A DNA stretch of 64,000 bases from Microgenomates group bacterium (GTDB lineage Bacteria; Patescibacteriota; Microgenomatia; Daviesbacterales; UBA10151). Every line of letters begins with the position of its first letter. The stretch's first letter is position 1. Below are positions 15,504 through 23,953 of this stretch, in pieces. The notes under the pieces are model-generated. The model had not been told where the DNA came from. It was given only the letters and a program-made list of their open reading frames with translations, and made no database searches. Both the position numbers and the translations under genes were made by a program. The stretch lies in assembly GCA_041659805.1 (NCBI GenBank), contig JBAZXP010000001.1:966841-1030840 (forward strand), given 5' to 3'.

Positions 15504-17771
15504 TTACTGAAGGTATCGTTTAAATTGAATTAAGCAGGTTCTGAGTAATCTAAAGGCTTCATCAGGCAAATCCTCAAATTTTTCCGGATAAGCACAATTG
15601 CTTTCACCAAAATATAAGTTTAAATAATTTTGTATCTGTTGTCTTTCATTCGCATTTCCGGATAATCCAAAAGCTTTAAAGGTAAGTCTGCCTCTGTTTT
15701 CTTCAACATAGTCCCGCAAATCATCCCCTGTCAAACCTTGATTAGCTCCTCCGTCTGTGATTACCACAATTAATCCGTGCGAATCTGTGTATCTCCTTCT
15801 TCCCTCATTCATTCCTTCAATAACCAACTCAATTCCTGCATGAATGTCAGTGCTGTTATCTACAGCCTCTGTATAATCAATAATTGCAGGCTTAACCCGC
15901 TCAGAAGGGTTATCAAAATCCTGCTGAAAATCTTTAATTACAACCGCGTCTTCACCAAAGGCAACACCCATAAATGGTATCCCCATATCCTTACAAACTT
16001 CAGAAAAAAAGATCATGGTCTTACGGGCCTGCGCTTGTTTGCTTTTCATCGAATAACTTTTATCTGCTACCAGACCAATAAATAATCTTGGTGCTCCTGT
16101 TGGCCTTTCTATCTGCCTTAAATGAAATCTTTCATCATTCATGGGTGCCCGGCGGACGATCTCCCGTCTATCAAATTTCGGACCGCTAAAAAATTCGCCT
16201 TCATATCTGCCTTCACCTTTTCTGGGGATTACTTTTTCAATTGCCTGTCTGAAATTCCTGATATTGGAATACATACTATCTTCTAAAGTTTTATAAATTA
16301 AATACTTTTCCCGCTCATGTTCCGGATCAAAACCAGCCTGTTCCATATCTAATTTTTCACGCCTTAAACTTTCTGTTTGTTTACGCAAGTCTTCCTGTTG
16401 ACGGTATGTACTTTCTGTCGCTTCAGCTTCAGCTCTCTCCTCTGCCTCCACCTCATTCACAATTTTCTGATACTCACCGGCAGCGTTATTTTGTTGATTT
16501 TCATCTGCCAATTGAGGCTGTCTTTCATATTCTCCTGTATCATTATTCTTCTCCAATTTAGCAGTTTTATTTAAATCCTCCTCTAAGGCTTCTTTTTGTG
16601 CCTCATCGATAATTTCTCTTGACTTTTTCTCTAAAGCTTCTCTTTCTGCAGAGGGAAGTTGATCTATTGCTTCTTGCAGTTCCTTTAATTGTTCATCAGT
16701 AAATTGTGATAAATCAGTCCTTTCCTGTTTATTAACATTCTGGTTTTGTTGCGGTTTTTTTTCTCCGGTGAGAGCCTGTTTAATTCTGTCCATAAATCCT
16801 TGCATTCCGCCTTTTTTGCCTTCACTTTGCCCAGACTGACCTTGATTTTTACCGCCGGGAATACTTGGTACTGCCGCACCTTCTCCTTGTCCTTCTCCTG
16901 CTGATTGACCACCCCCGGACGACTGACCTTGCCCTTGCCCTTGCCCCTGTCCCTTCATGCCTTTTTGTTGTGCCATTTGACGCTTTTCCTCATCTTTTAT
17001 ATCTTTTTTTTCTAAAACCTTAGCAATATCCCAAATTTTATATTGTAAAAGTTTTCTTTCTTCAACATCCGTGTTATTAAAGTATTGATCCAAAAGAGGT
17101 GCTGCTACTTCCCCTAATTTACCCACTTCTGTATTCGCCAGCTCGGGAATTCCTGTTCCATGAAGTGCCCTATGGAAAGATTCATAAGCAAACTGCAACA
17201 TATATGGTCTGTCTTTTAAAGGAGTTTCTGTAATTCTTTCCTGAAGATCTTTACCTTGATTTTCCTTAATCATTTTGTCTATTGCAGGAGACTCTTCACC
17301 CTCAAGATTATTAATTCTGGGATCTTCTATCCCTTCCCAGGTTAACCAGAAACTTGTAGGCAAGTTTCCATCATCTGTTGCCTTCCTCTGTCCCTCATAC
17401 ATCAACCTGAAATCTGTGTATTTTGCATGACCTGCTTCATGATGAAGAATGGTATCAATTTCCTCCCAATTCATATCCTGAGCAGACTCAGCATCATAAA
17501 GAATTTGTTTTGCTCTAAAAGACTCAGGAGGCAGATCATCCAGAGTTTCTCTTTTGCCCTGAATATATTTTATGATTTCATTATTCACCTTAGGGTCTAA
17601 AGAGGTGGCCCAAACACCCTTGTTTCTGGAAGGAATAACTGCAATATCATATCTTCTGGCAAAAACTCTCCCCATATGAGCGATAAGTTTATTTTTTTCG
17701 AAGCGAAGATGCTCGGCTTTTTGTGCCGATTCTTCTGGGTCGCGCCGTAAAAAAAACTCTGCTTCTATCAT
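15504..17771 (-). CDS. HExxH (zincin-like) - low-complexity/coiled-coil - C-terminal vWA domain protein
   Basis: ILHHEAGHAKYTD (HExxH with a downstream Glu), (GQ)n tract, long coiled-coil, C-terminal MIDAS LVADKSYSM...VVITDGGAN; 4 bp upstream of the MoxR-type gene, as in a MoxR/vWA partner arrangement. Confidence 0.55.
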   Translation of the reverse strand: MIEAEFFLRRDPEESAQKAEHLRFEKNKLIAHMGRVFARRYDIAVIPSRNKGVWATSLDPKVNNEIIKYIQGKRETLDDLPPESFRAKQILYDAESAQDMNWEEIDTILHHEAGHAKYTDFRLMYEGQRKATDDGNLPTSFWLTWEGIEDPRINNLEGEESPAIDKMIKENQGKDLQERITETPLKDRPYMLQFAYESFHRALHGTGIPELANTEVGKLGEVAAPLLDQYFNNTDVEERKLLQYKIWDIAKVLEKKDIKDEEKRQMAQQKGMKGQGQGQGQGQSSGGGQSAGEGQGEGAAVPSIPGGKNQGQSGQSEGKKGGMQGFMDRIKQALTGEKKPQQNQNVNKQERTDLSQFTDEQLKELQEAIDQLPSAEREALEKKSREIIDEAQKEALEEDLNKTAKLEKNNDTGEYERQPQLADENQQNNAAGEYQKIVNEVEAEERAEAEATESTYRQQEDLRKQTESLRREKLDMEQAGFDPEHEREKYLIYKTLEDSMYSNIRNFRQAIEKVIPRKGEGRYEGEFFSGPKFDRREIVRRAPMNDERFHLRQIERPTGAPRLFIGLVADKSYSMKSKQAQARKTMIFFSEVCKDMGIPFMGVAFGEDAVVIKDFQQDFDNPSERVKPAIIDYTEAVDNSTDIHAGIELVIEGMNEGRRRYTDSHGLIVVITDGGANQGLTGDDLRDYVEENRGRLTFKAFGLSGNANERQQIQNYLNLYFGESNCAYPEKFEDLPDEAFRLLRTCLIQFKRYLQ

Positions 17772-17859
17772 AGTAATCTTTGAATTATACTATAAGCCAT
17801 ACATAAAAGACAACATGATTGACATGAAGGAAACTTACAGTGTATAAAATACTTATCAC

Positions 17860-18378
17860 ATGATTTCCTTAGATTCAGAAGTCCGACAAACCACTCTTCA
17901 TACCAAAGGTACCTCCCAAAGACATGTTGCAGAAACTCTGGCCAAAGTTGCAGGTTTCCCAAATGGTAGTGTAATCTTGCAGGCAATAGATATTGAAAGA
18001 TTTTTTCCTTTTGACCACAAAAAAGAAGAACTGGCTAAAAACAGTTTTTGTATTGTGGGATTTCATAAGAACAACCCTGGTAAACCCGGGAAATACACCA
18101 ATAGAACAGGGGCACCAGATTTCCAGGTAACAGAATTGGTGGGTCAAAAAGGTCTTCCCTCACCTACTTACTTGATAGAAATTAACTCCACCATTGATGA
18201 AAATGTACTAAGCAAATTGGAAGCAGAGATTATCGAATCAAGCCAAAAGAGACCCTTTCTTGCAAAATTATTTCGCCGTTTACCTAAAAACCCTGATTTT
18301 GTTTATAGTGGATACAGATCCAAAAGCCCGTTGGTTCTGGACTTGGACTACCCAATCGCTCCCGTACAAAGCAGATAA
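17860..18378 (+). CDS. hypothetical protein
   Basis: 172-aa ORF divergent from the HExxH-vWA gene; no motif. Confidence 0.35.
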   Translation: MISLDSEVRQTTLHTKGTSQRHVAETLAKVAGFPNGSVILQAIDIERFFPFDHKKEELAKNSFCIVGFHKNNPGKPGKYTNRTGAPDFQVTELVGQKGLPSPTYLIEINSTIDENVLSKLEAEIIESSQKRPFLAKLFRRLPKNPDFVYSGYRSKSPLVLDLDYPIAPVQSR

Positions 18379-18989
18379 TGTACTTACATTTCAGTGATTG
18401 GTCTCATTTAAAAAATAGTTTAGATGAAAAAGGAATTCCGCATGGGAATAAAATTATTAAAATATATGCAGGTGAAAACGATCCAAGAGTAATACTTAAA
18501 AGACAAAATCTTTTTACCATAGAATCTGATGGAAAGCCTTTTAGGCCGAATGAGATTTTCCACTATGAGAATCGGAAAAGTTATACAGGATCTGAGTTAG
18601 AAGAAAAATTAAATAGTTTAGGACTAGATGAAGTTGCAAAACCACGGCTCCGGGCTTTATTTCGTTTTAGCAATTTACCGGAGATTCAATCAACTCAGGA
18701 CATGATGGCAACAAAAAACCCTGACGGTAGTTGGAAATATAACGATCCTTTTGAAGATATCGATGGTATTGAATTAGCTCTTAGAGTACCACAAAGAAGG
18801 ACTACCCTTCATGCTGATATTTTTTACGAATCAACATTACAGAGACTTAAGGATTTTTTTGCAAAAAATAGTTTTAATATAGAAGACCCTGAAAGTTTTG
18901 TGTCTTATAACAAAGAACTAATAGGTTTGCTAAATAAGGAAAACAAAAAACCAATTGAAGGATCTCCCAATAAACCTGAAGGCAATTAA
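18378..18989 (+). CDS. hypothetical protein
   Basis: 203-aa ORF, TAATG overlap with the preceding gene; no motif. Confidence 0.35.
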   Translation: MYLHFSDWSHLKNSLDEKGIPHGNKIIKIYAGENDPRVILKRQNLFTIESDGKPFRPNEIFHYENRKSYTGSELEEKLNSLGLDEVAKPRLRALFRFSNLPEIQSTQDMMATKNPDGSWKYNDPFEDIDGIELALRVPQRRTTLHADIFYESTLQRLKDFFAKNSFNIEDPESFVSYNKELIGLLNKENKKPIEGSPNKPEGN

Positions 18990-19028
18990 TATTTGACTTT
19001 TTTGGGTTTTCAGCGTATCTTTGTGTGT

Positions 19029-19721
19029 ATGAGTGACACTATCAAACTTCCGGAAAAATATAATTTGAACGATTATCAGTGCCCTTCTGTAACTGTTGAT
19101 ATCCTTGTTTTTACAATCGAAGCTTCTGAACTAAAAGTATTACTCATCAAACGGGCAATCGAGCCTTTTAAAGACGAATGGGCTTTACCGGGAGGATTTA
19201 TAAAGATGGATGAATCCTTAGAAGCAGCAGCCTTAAGAGAATTAGTACAGGAAACAGGTGTAAAAAATGTTTATTTGGAACAACTTTATACTTTTGGGGA
19301 TACCAACAGAGATCCCAGAAGCAGAGTTATTACTGTTGCCTACTTCGCTCTTGTTCCAAGCGCTAAATTGGATTTGAAAGCATCAACAGACGCAGCTGAT
19401 GTGGCCTGGTTCCCTATAAAAAAACTTCCCAAATTAGCTTTTGATCACAAAAAAATTATTGATTATGCAATGAACAGACTAACAAGCAAGATTGAATATT
19501 CTAATATTGTATATGGATTACTTCCGATTAAATTCCGTCTAAGTGAGTTGCAAAAGGTATATGAAGTTATTTTAAGTAAAAAGATGGATAAAAGAAATTT
19601 CCGTAAATGGATACTTTCCTTAGGGTTACTTGAAGCCACGGGAGAAAAAGACACTGATGGCGCCCACAGACCTGCAGAACTTTTTAAATTTAAAAAAAGA
19701 GAACCAGTTCTATTTGACTAA
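19029..19721 (+). CDS. nrtR: Nudix-related transcriptional regulator (NrtR-like): N-terminal Nudix domain and C-terminal helical/winged-helix-like region
   Basis: Near-canonical Nudix box GGFIKMDESLEAAALRELVQETGV (one Glu to Gln change) followed by an ~80-aa C-terminal domain containing KRNFRKWI; sits next to a full NAD salvage operon. Start is the ATG at 19029; the ORF track uses TTG at 18993. Confidence 0.5.
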   Translation: MSDTIKLPEKYNLNDYQCPSVTVDILVFTIEASELKVLLIKRAIEPFKDEWALPGGFIKMDESLEAAALRELVQETGVKNVYLEQLYTFGDTNRDPRSRVITVAYFALVPSAKLDLKASTDAADVAWFPIKKLPKLAFDHKKIIDYAMNRLTSKIEYSNIVYGLLPIKFRLSELQKVYEVILSKKMDKRNFRKWILSLGLLEATGEKDTDGAHRPAELFKFKKREPVLFD

Positions 19722-19760
19722 AACGAATCCTGACCTTTTTTGTGATCAGGATTTATCGTT
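19722..19760. terminator. bidirectional intrinsic terminator between convergent nrtR-like (+) and pncA (-)
   Basis: AATCCTGAcC-tttttt-GtGATCAGGATT stem-loop flanked by T-runs on both strands. Confidence 0.6.
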
Positions 19761-19768
19761 TTAGTTTT

Positions 19769-20473
19769 TCATTGAGCCTTACCATAAATCTCAATGATTC
19801 TTGGAATTTCTCCAATGCTGATAATCTTAGCTCCAGCTTCTTCCATCTCTAATAAGGCCTGCTTTGCTCCTTCTGGAGTAATACCTGATATTGCATCTTC
19901 TACGATGTACGTCTGTATACCGCGCTTTTGCATCCCTACGACTGCAGCCAGATCACAATACTCAGTCGCAACATAATAAACAATAGCTGCTCTTACTCCT
20001 GCTTCTTTGAGAACAGTTTCAACAGCAGGGTTTGTAAAAACATCATAATGTTGTTTTTCAAAGATTATATCTTTGCCTGATCTTGCAATCTCTGCCAACT
20101 CATCTGGACTATAACGTCTGAAGTTGTCTCCCTCAGCAATCTTATTTTCAACAATTAAAGCTGAATCAGATGCTACTTCAGGAATAAAATCTATGCCAAA
20201 TGTTCCGTCTTCATTTAACTGATTGTATTTCCAATCCATGCAATGAAGCGGAAAAGGGCCTCCGTTATCGATAAGCTCAGGATCATCCATAAAATGTCTG
20301 TCCCTACTCTTAAATCTCCTGATACCTGCATCTTTTAGCATTTTTCCGACAGAAGCAGCATTTTCTCTGATTTCTTCAGCACCAGGAACGTATAATCTTC
20401 CGTCATTTTTTCTCATGAAATCATTCTGTGCATCAACTTCATAACCTATTAATTCTTTTGACATTTTTCTCAC
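19769..20473 (-). CDS. pncA: nicotinamidase/pyrazinamidase (isochorismatase-like cysteine hydrolase)
   Basis: LIGYEVDAQNDFM N-terminal signature and ~230-aa isochorismatase-family length, in an NAD salvage operon. Confidence 0.65.
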   Translation of the reverse strand: MRKMSKELIGYEVDAQNDFMRKNDGRLYVPGAEEIRENAASVGKMLKDAGIRRFKSRDRHFMDDPELIDNGGPFPLHCMDWKYNQLNEDGTFGIDFIPEVASDSALIVENKIAEGDNFRRYSPDELAEIARSGKDIIFEKQHYDVFTNPAVETVLKEAGVRAAIVYYVATEYCDLAAVVGMQKRGIQTYIVEDAISGITPEGAKQALLEMEEAGAKIISIGEIPRIIEIYGKAQ

Positions 20474-20479
20474 CTCCCT

Positions 20480-21385
20480 TCAAGGTAAAATTGCAACTCT
20501 AAGCGGGTGTTCGTGAGCTACAGAGATACTGACTTTACTTCCTTCTTCAAGGTTGAATGAAAAACTATCGTCACTTGGATCAGGATCAAAATCTATTTCT
20601 GTATCTTTCCCTAGAGAAAAAATTGTTAACTCCTCACCTAAATCCAAATCCCCAATTTCCAAAAATCCTGAATCAAGATCTTTTTCTCGGCAAACAAAAC
20701 GGGCATGAGGGGCAGTTCTGGGAAAATGAGAATATTTTTCCATAACTTCATCTTTCCAGTGTCCGACAATATTTCTGTACCAACCTGTAAGCCCTGAACC
20801 TGTGGCAATAACCAAACCGGAATTTTTTTGCTCGTCATTTATTCCGCGATAATTAATAATACTTCTGCTAATCCCTCTGTTTTTCAATTCACCGACAAAG
20901 ATTTCTGATAGAGCAAAAAACGGCAAAAGCTCTCCGTCTAAAACTGCCTGTAATCTTGTCCATTTTTCTGTTTCAAAGGAATTTTTATCCAGACAATCAC
21001 GGAGGTAGTCAATATGTTCAGGTTTAAAAGACAAAATCCCACCTTTAGAAGTTTCCGGATCAGAATTTATTCCAACAACCAGCTGGTCTCCGGTCACAAA
21101 ACGTGACACATATTGCAAATGATTATCTCCTCCGGGACTAAAAATAATGTTATATTTTTTAGCGACATCTACATTAAAATCATCGCGGTGGATTATTGGC
21201 ACGTTTAAAGCTTTGCCTAATTTTTCAATGTTCTCTATCTGTCTGTAATGACTGGCAATTTTTTTATCAGCATCTGCCCCCTGCTTTTTCCACAAATTAA
21301 TCTGATCCTGCATAGAAATATTGGAAGTTTTCATTTTCCATTCAACTACAGTGAGTTTTGGTACGATTACAGCCTCAACGCTCAT
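20480..21385 (-). CDS. nadK: NAD kinase-like (ATP-NAD kinase family, divergent GGDN motif)
   Basis: IIFSPGGDNHLQY (vs GGDGT), VVGINSDPETSKGGILSF (vs NxGxLGFL), ATGSGLTGWYRN (vs SGSTAY). Confidence 0.5.
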   Translation of the reverse strand: MSVEAVIVPKLTVVEWKMKTSNISMQDQINLWKKQGADADKKIASHYRQIENIEKLGKALNVPIIHRDDFNVDVAKKYNIIFSPGGDNHLQYVSRFVTGDQLVVGINSDPETSKGGILSFKPEHIDYLRDCLDKNSFETEKWTRLQAVLDGELLPFFALSEIFVGELKNRGISRSIINYRGINDEQKNSGLVIATGSGLTGWYRNIVGHWKDEVMEKYSHFPRTAPHARFVCREKDLDSGFLEIGDLDLGEELTIFSLGKDTEIDFDPDPSDDSFSFNLEEGSKVSISVAHEHPLRVAILP

Positions 21386-22320
21386 TTTATAAATCTCCTT
21401 TTCCCGATATAATCTTTAATGAATCGATTATGATCAAACGCTAGATTATCAGGTATTTGATCCCAAGGGAATACTTTAATATCAACGGCATCATCACCAG
21501 CTCTTAAGACTCCTCCATCAATCCTTTTTTCATAAACCATAGTGACGTAGTGACCTCTCGGATCTCTATCGGGATCTGAATATTGTCTGAATTGATCTTC
21601 TAAGGAAACTTCAATATCAAGATTTGTTTCTTCTTTTGCTTCCCTAACAGCAGCACCTTCAACAGTTTCCTTTCCATAATTAATATAACCTCCGGGGATT
21701 GCCCATTTTAAGGAATTCGGATCGCCTAATTTTTCTTTTCTCTGGATTAAAACAATACCCTCATCTCTATAATTAAGAATTACATCTGCTGTAACTGCAG
21801 GGTTTAGAAAACGCTCCCTACCGCTGATGCGCTGCTCTCCTTTGATCTTTTTTAGATGAGCAATCACTTCTTCTGGTACCAGGTCTTCCCACTCTCCACC
21901 GTTTTTAATCATTTCCCGAACATCTGTTGCGCAAATCGGTAAATCATGTATCGGCTTTCTGATTTCAATCCCGTATCCGTCAAATATTCTGCTTACCCAA
22001 TTATTTCCTGTGTAAACTATGCTGAATCTTTCAGGACTAAGGATATCGATTAGCTTTCTCCATTTTTCATCATTGTAAACATCGGGAATACCGAAAACTG
22101 CAAATGGTTTTTCCATTCTCTTTTCCAGAGTTGCTTTAATCATTTGCAAGCGTTCATTAAAACTGAAAGGGTTGTGCTCTGTATTGCCTTCCTGAGAAGA
22201 TCCAATTCCGATTAATATTTTTGCAACATCTGGTGCTCTTTCAATTTGTTTGACAACAGAAAGATGCCCCAAGTGAAATGGTTGAAATCTACCTACAACT
22301 AATGCATTTTCTTGTTTCAT
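21382..22320 (-). CDS. nadM: bifunctional NadM-type NMN/NaMN adenylyltransferase with C-terminal Nudix (ADP-ribose pyrophosphatase) domain
   Basis: ALVVGRFQPFHLGH (archaeal-type NMNAT HxGH) plus C-terminal Nudix box AIPGGYINYGKETVEGAAVREAKEETNL; likely start is MKQENAL at 22320. Confidence 0.75.
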   Translation of the reverse strand: MKQENALVVGRFQPFHLGHLSVVKQIERAPDVAKILIGIGSSQEGNTEHNPFSFNERLQMIKATLEKRMEKPFAVFGIPDVYNDEKWRKLIDILSPERFSIVYTGNNWVSRIFDGYGIEIRKPIHDLPICATDVREMIKNGGEWEDLVPEEVIAHLKKIKGEQRISGRERFLNPAVTADVILNYRDEGIVLIQRKEKLGDPNSLKWAIPGGYINYGKETVEGAAVREAKEETNLDIEVSLEDQFRQYSDPDRDPRGHYVTMVYEKRIDGGVLRAGDDAVDIKVFPWDQIPDNLAFDHNRFIKDYIGKRRFIK

Positions 22321-22324
22321 TTTT

Positions 22325-23953
22325 TTACCTCCTAAATTCATGACTAATCGGGATTCTTCTACCAATACCGAATGATTTCGGAGTAACTTTTATGCCGGGA
22401 GCAGCTTGTCTTCTTTTGTGTTCATTACGGATAATTAAATCCCAATATTTTTCGACCAACGGACGTGGGTATTCTTTTAAAACTTCTTCTATAGTTGCCC
22501 TATCCTCTATTAAACGATTTACAATTGGCACAATCAGGTCATAATCGGCTCCAAGGCTCCCTTCATCTGTTTGATTCTCACTAAGCTCTGCTGAAGGCTC
22601 TTTAATAATTGAATTTCGGGGAATCACTTTTCTATAAAGATTAGCCAACTCATAAACTTTTAATTTATCAACGTCAGATATAGCAGCCAGGCCTCCTGCC
22701 ATATCTCCATAAAGGGTACAGTAACCAAGCGCTGTTTCTGTTTTATTTCCTGTGCTGATTACTAAAGCATTTTCCTCATTTGCCTGTGCCATTAAAATCA
22801 TTCCCCTGATTCTTGCCTGAATATTTTGATTAGTTAAGTCTTTTGGATCTTTTTGCAAAACTTGTGATATTTCACCAACTAAAGTTTTTCGTGTTTCTTC
22901 GATCGGAATGATCTGAAAATTAATCCCTAAATTTTCAGATAGTTTTCTTGCGTCATCCACACTTCCGGAACTTGAAATTCTGGATGGCATTGTAATACCT
23001 GTTACGTTTTCTTTGCCCAAGGCTTGAGTTGCCAAAGCAGCTACTACTGCTGAATCGATCCCCCCAGAAAGTCCAATAAAAGCCTTATTAAAATTTGATC
23101 TTCTGAAGTATTCTTTAATCCCTAAAACCAAAGCCTTATTTAATTGATCAATTGAATCAGTATTCTGAGGTAATATTTCCTTTGGATTATCCAAATCTAC
23201 TTTAACGCTATCTTCCTCAAACGCCTTCCCCAGACCTAATAATTTTCCATCTGCCCCTAAAACTATACTTTGACCGTCAAAAACCAATTGTCCGTCATAA
23301 CCGTCCTGTGAGCCAACTAAATTGGTATAGATAAAAGGCTTTTTGTATGTGTTAACAACTCTTTCAATAAGATTTTTTCTGACATTAAATTTATCTAGAT
23401 AAAATGGAGAAGCAGAGATATTTATTAAAACATCTGCTCCTTTTTCAACCAACTCAGATGTAACATTTTTTTGATAACCATTACTCCAAAGGTCTTCACA
23501 AATTTCTATACCTAATTTCTTTCCACAAACTTCATATAATTTGTGTGACCTGTTGGCAGAAAAATATCTGGTTTCATAAAAAACATCATAGGTTGGCAGA
23601 AGTGTTTTATCTTCTATTCCCAAAATTTTTCCATTTTGTAAAATCGCTGCGCTATTAAATCTGATTGGTGTGCCATCAGGCCCAATGATATTTGGGTCTG
23701 AATCAACAAAACCCACAATTGCTGTAATTCCTTCTGTTGCGGCAACAATCCGAGATAAAGCTTCTTTATTTTGAGAAATATAATCAGAATAAAGCAACAA
23801 ATCCATAGACATATATCCTGGGATTGTCAGCTCTGGAAAAACTATCAAATCAGATTTGTTTAATTTTGCCTGCTCAATATAAGAAATTATTTTTTGGGTA
23901 TTTTTTTCTATACACCCAGGATCTGTATTAATTTGTGCAAGTTCTAATTTCAT
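22325..23953 (-). CDS. nadE: glutamine-dependent NAD+ synthetase (nitrilase domain + NAD synthetase domain)
   Basis: N-terminal CN-hydrolase domain (FPELTIPGY), C-terminal GLSGGIDSAVVAALA PP-loop; 542 aa. Confidence 0.8.
   Translation of the reverse strand: MKLELAQINTDPGCIEKNTQKIISYIEQAKLNKSDLIVFPELTIPGYMSMDLLLYSDYISQNKEALSRIVAATEGITAIVGFVDSDPNIIGPDGTPIRFNSAAILQNGKILGIEDKTLLPTYDVFYETRYFSANRSHKLYEVCGKKLGIEICEDLWSNGYQKNVTSELVEKGADVLINISASPFYLDKFNVRKNLIERVVNTYKKPFIYTNLVGSQDGYDGQLVFDGQSIVLGADGKLLGLGKAFEEDSVKVDLDNPKEILPQNTDSIDQLNKALVLGIKEYFRRSNFNKAFIGLSGGIDSAVVAALATQALGKENVTGITMPSRISSSGSVDDARKLSENLGINFQIIPIEETRKTLVGEISQVLQKDPKDLTNQNIQARIRGMILMAQANEENALVISTGNKTETALGYCTLYGDMAGGLAAISDVDKLKVYELANLYRKVIPRNSIIKEPSAELSENQTDEGSLGADYDLIVPIVNRLIEDRATIEEVLKEYPRPLVEKYWDLIIRNEHKRRQAAPGIKVTPKSFGIGRRIPISHEFRR

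Noticed and set aside
17772-17859. AGTGTATAAAATACTTA upstream of the HExxH-vWA gene as a fourth operator copy
   Set aside because: Right half-site is ACTTA (2 mismatches), a single copy without phased partners.
19021-19040. GAGTGACACTA upstream of the nrtR-like gene as an autoregulatory box
   Set aside because: It is AGTG-N1-CACT, not the N7-spaced palindrome.
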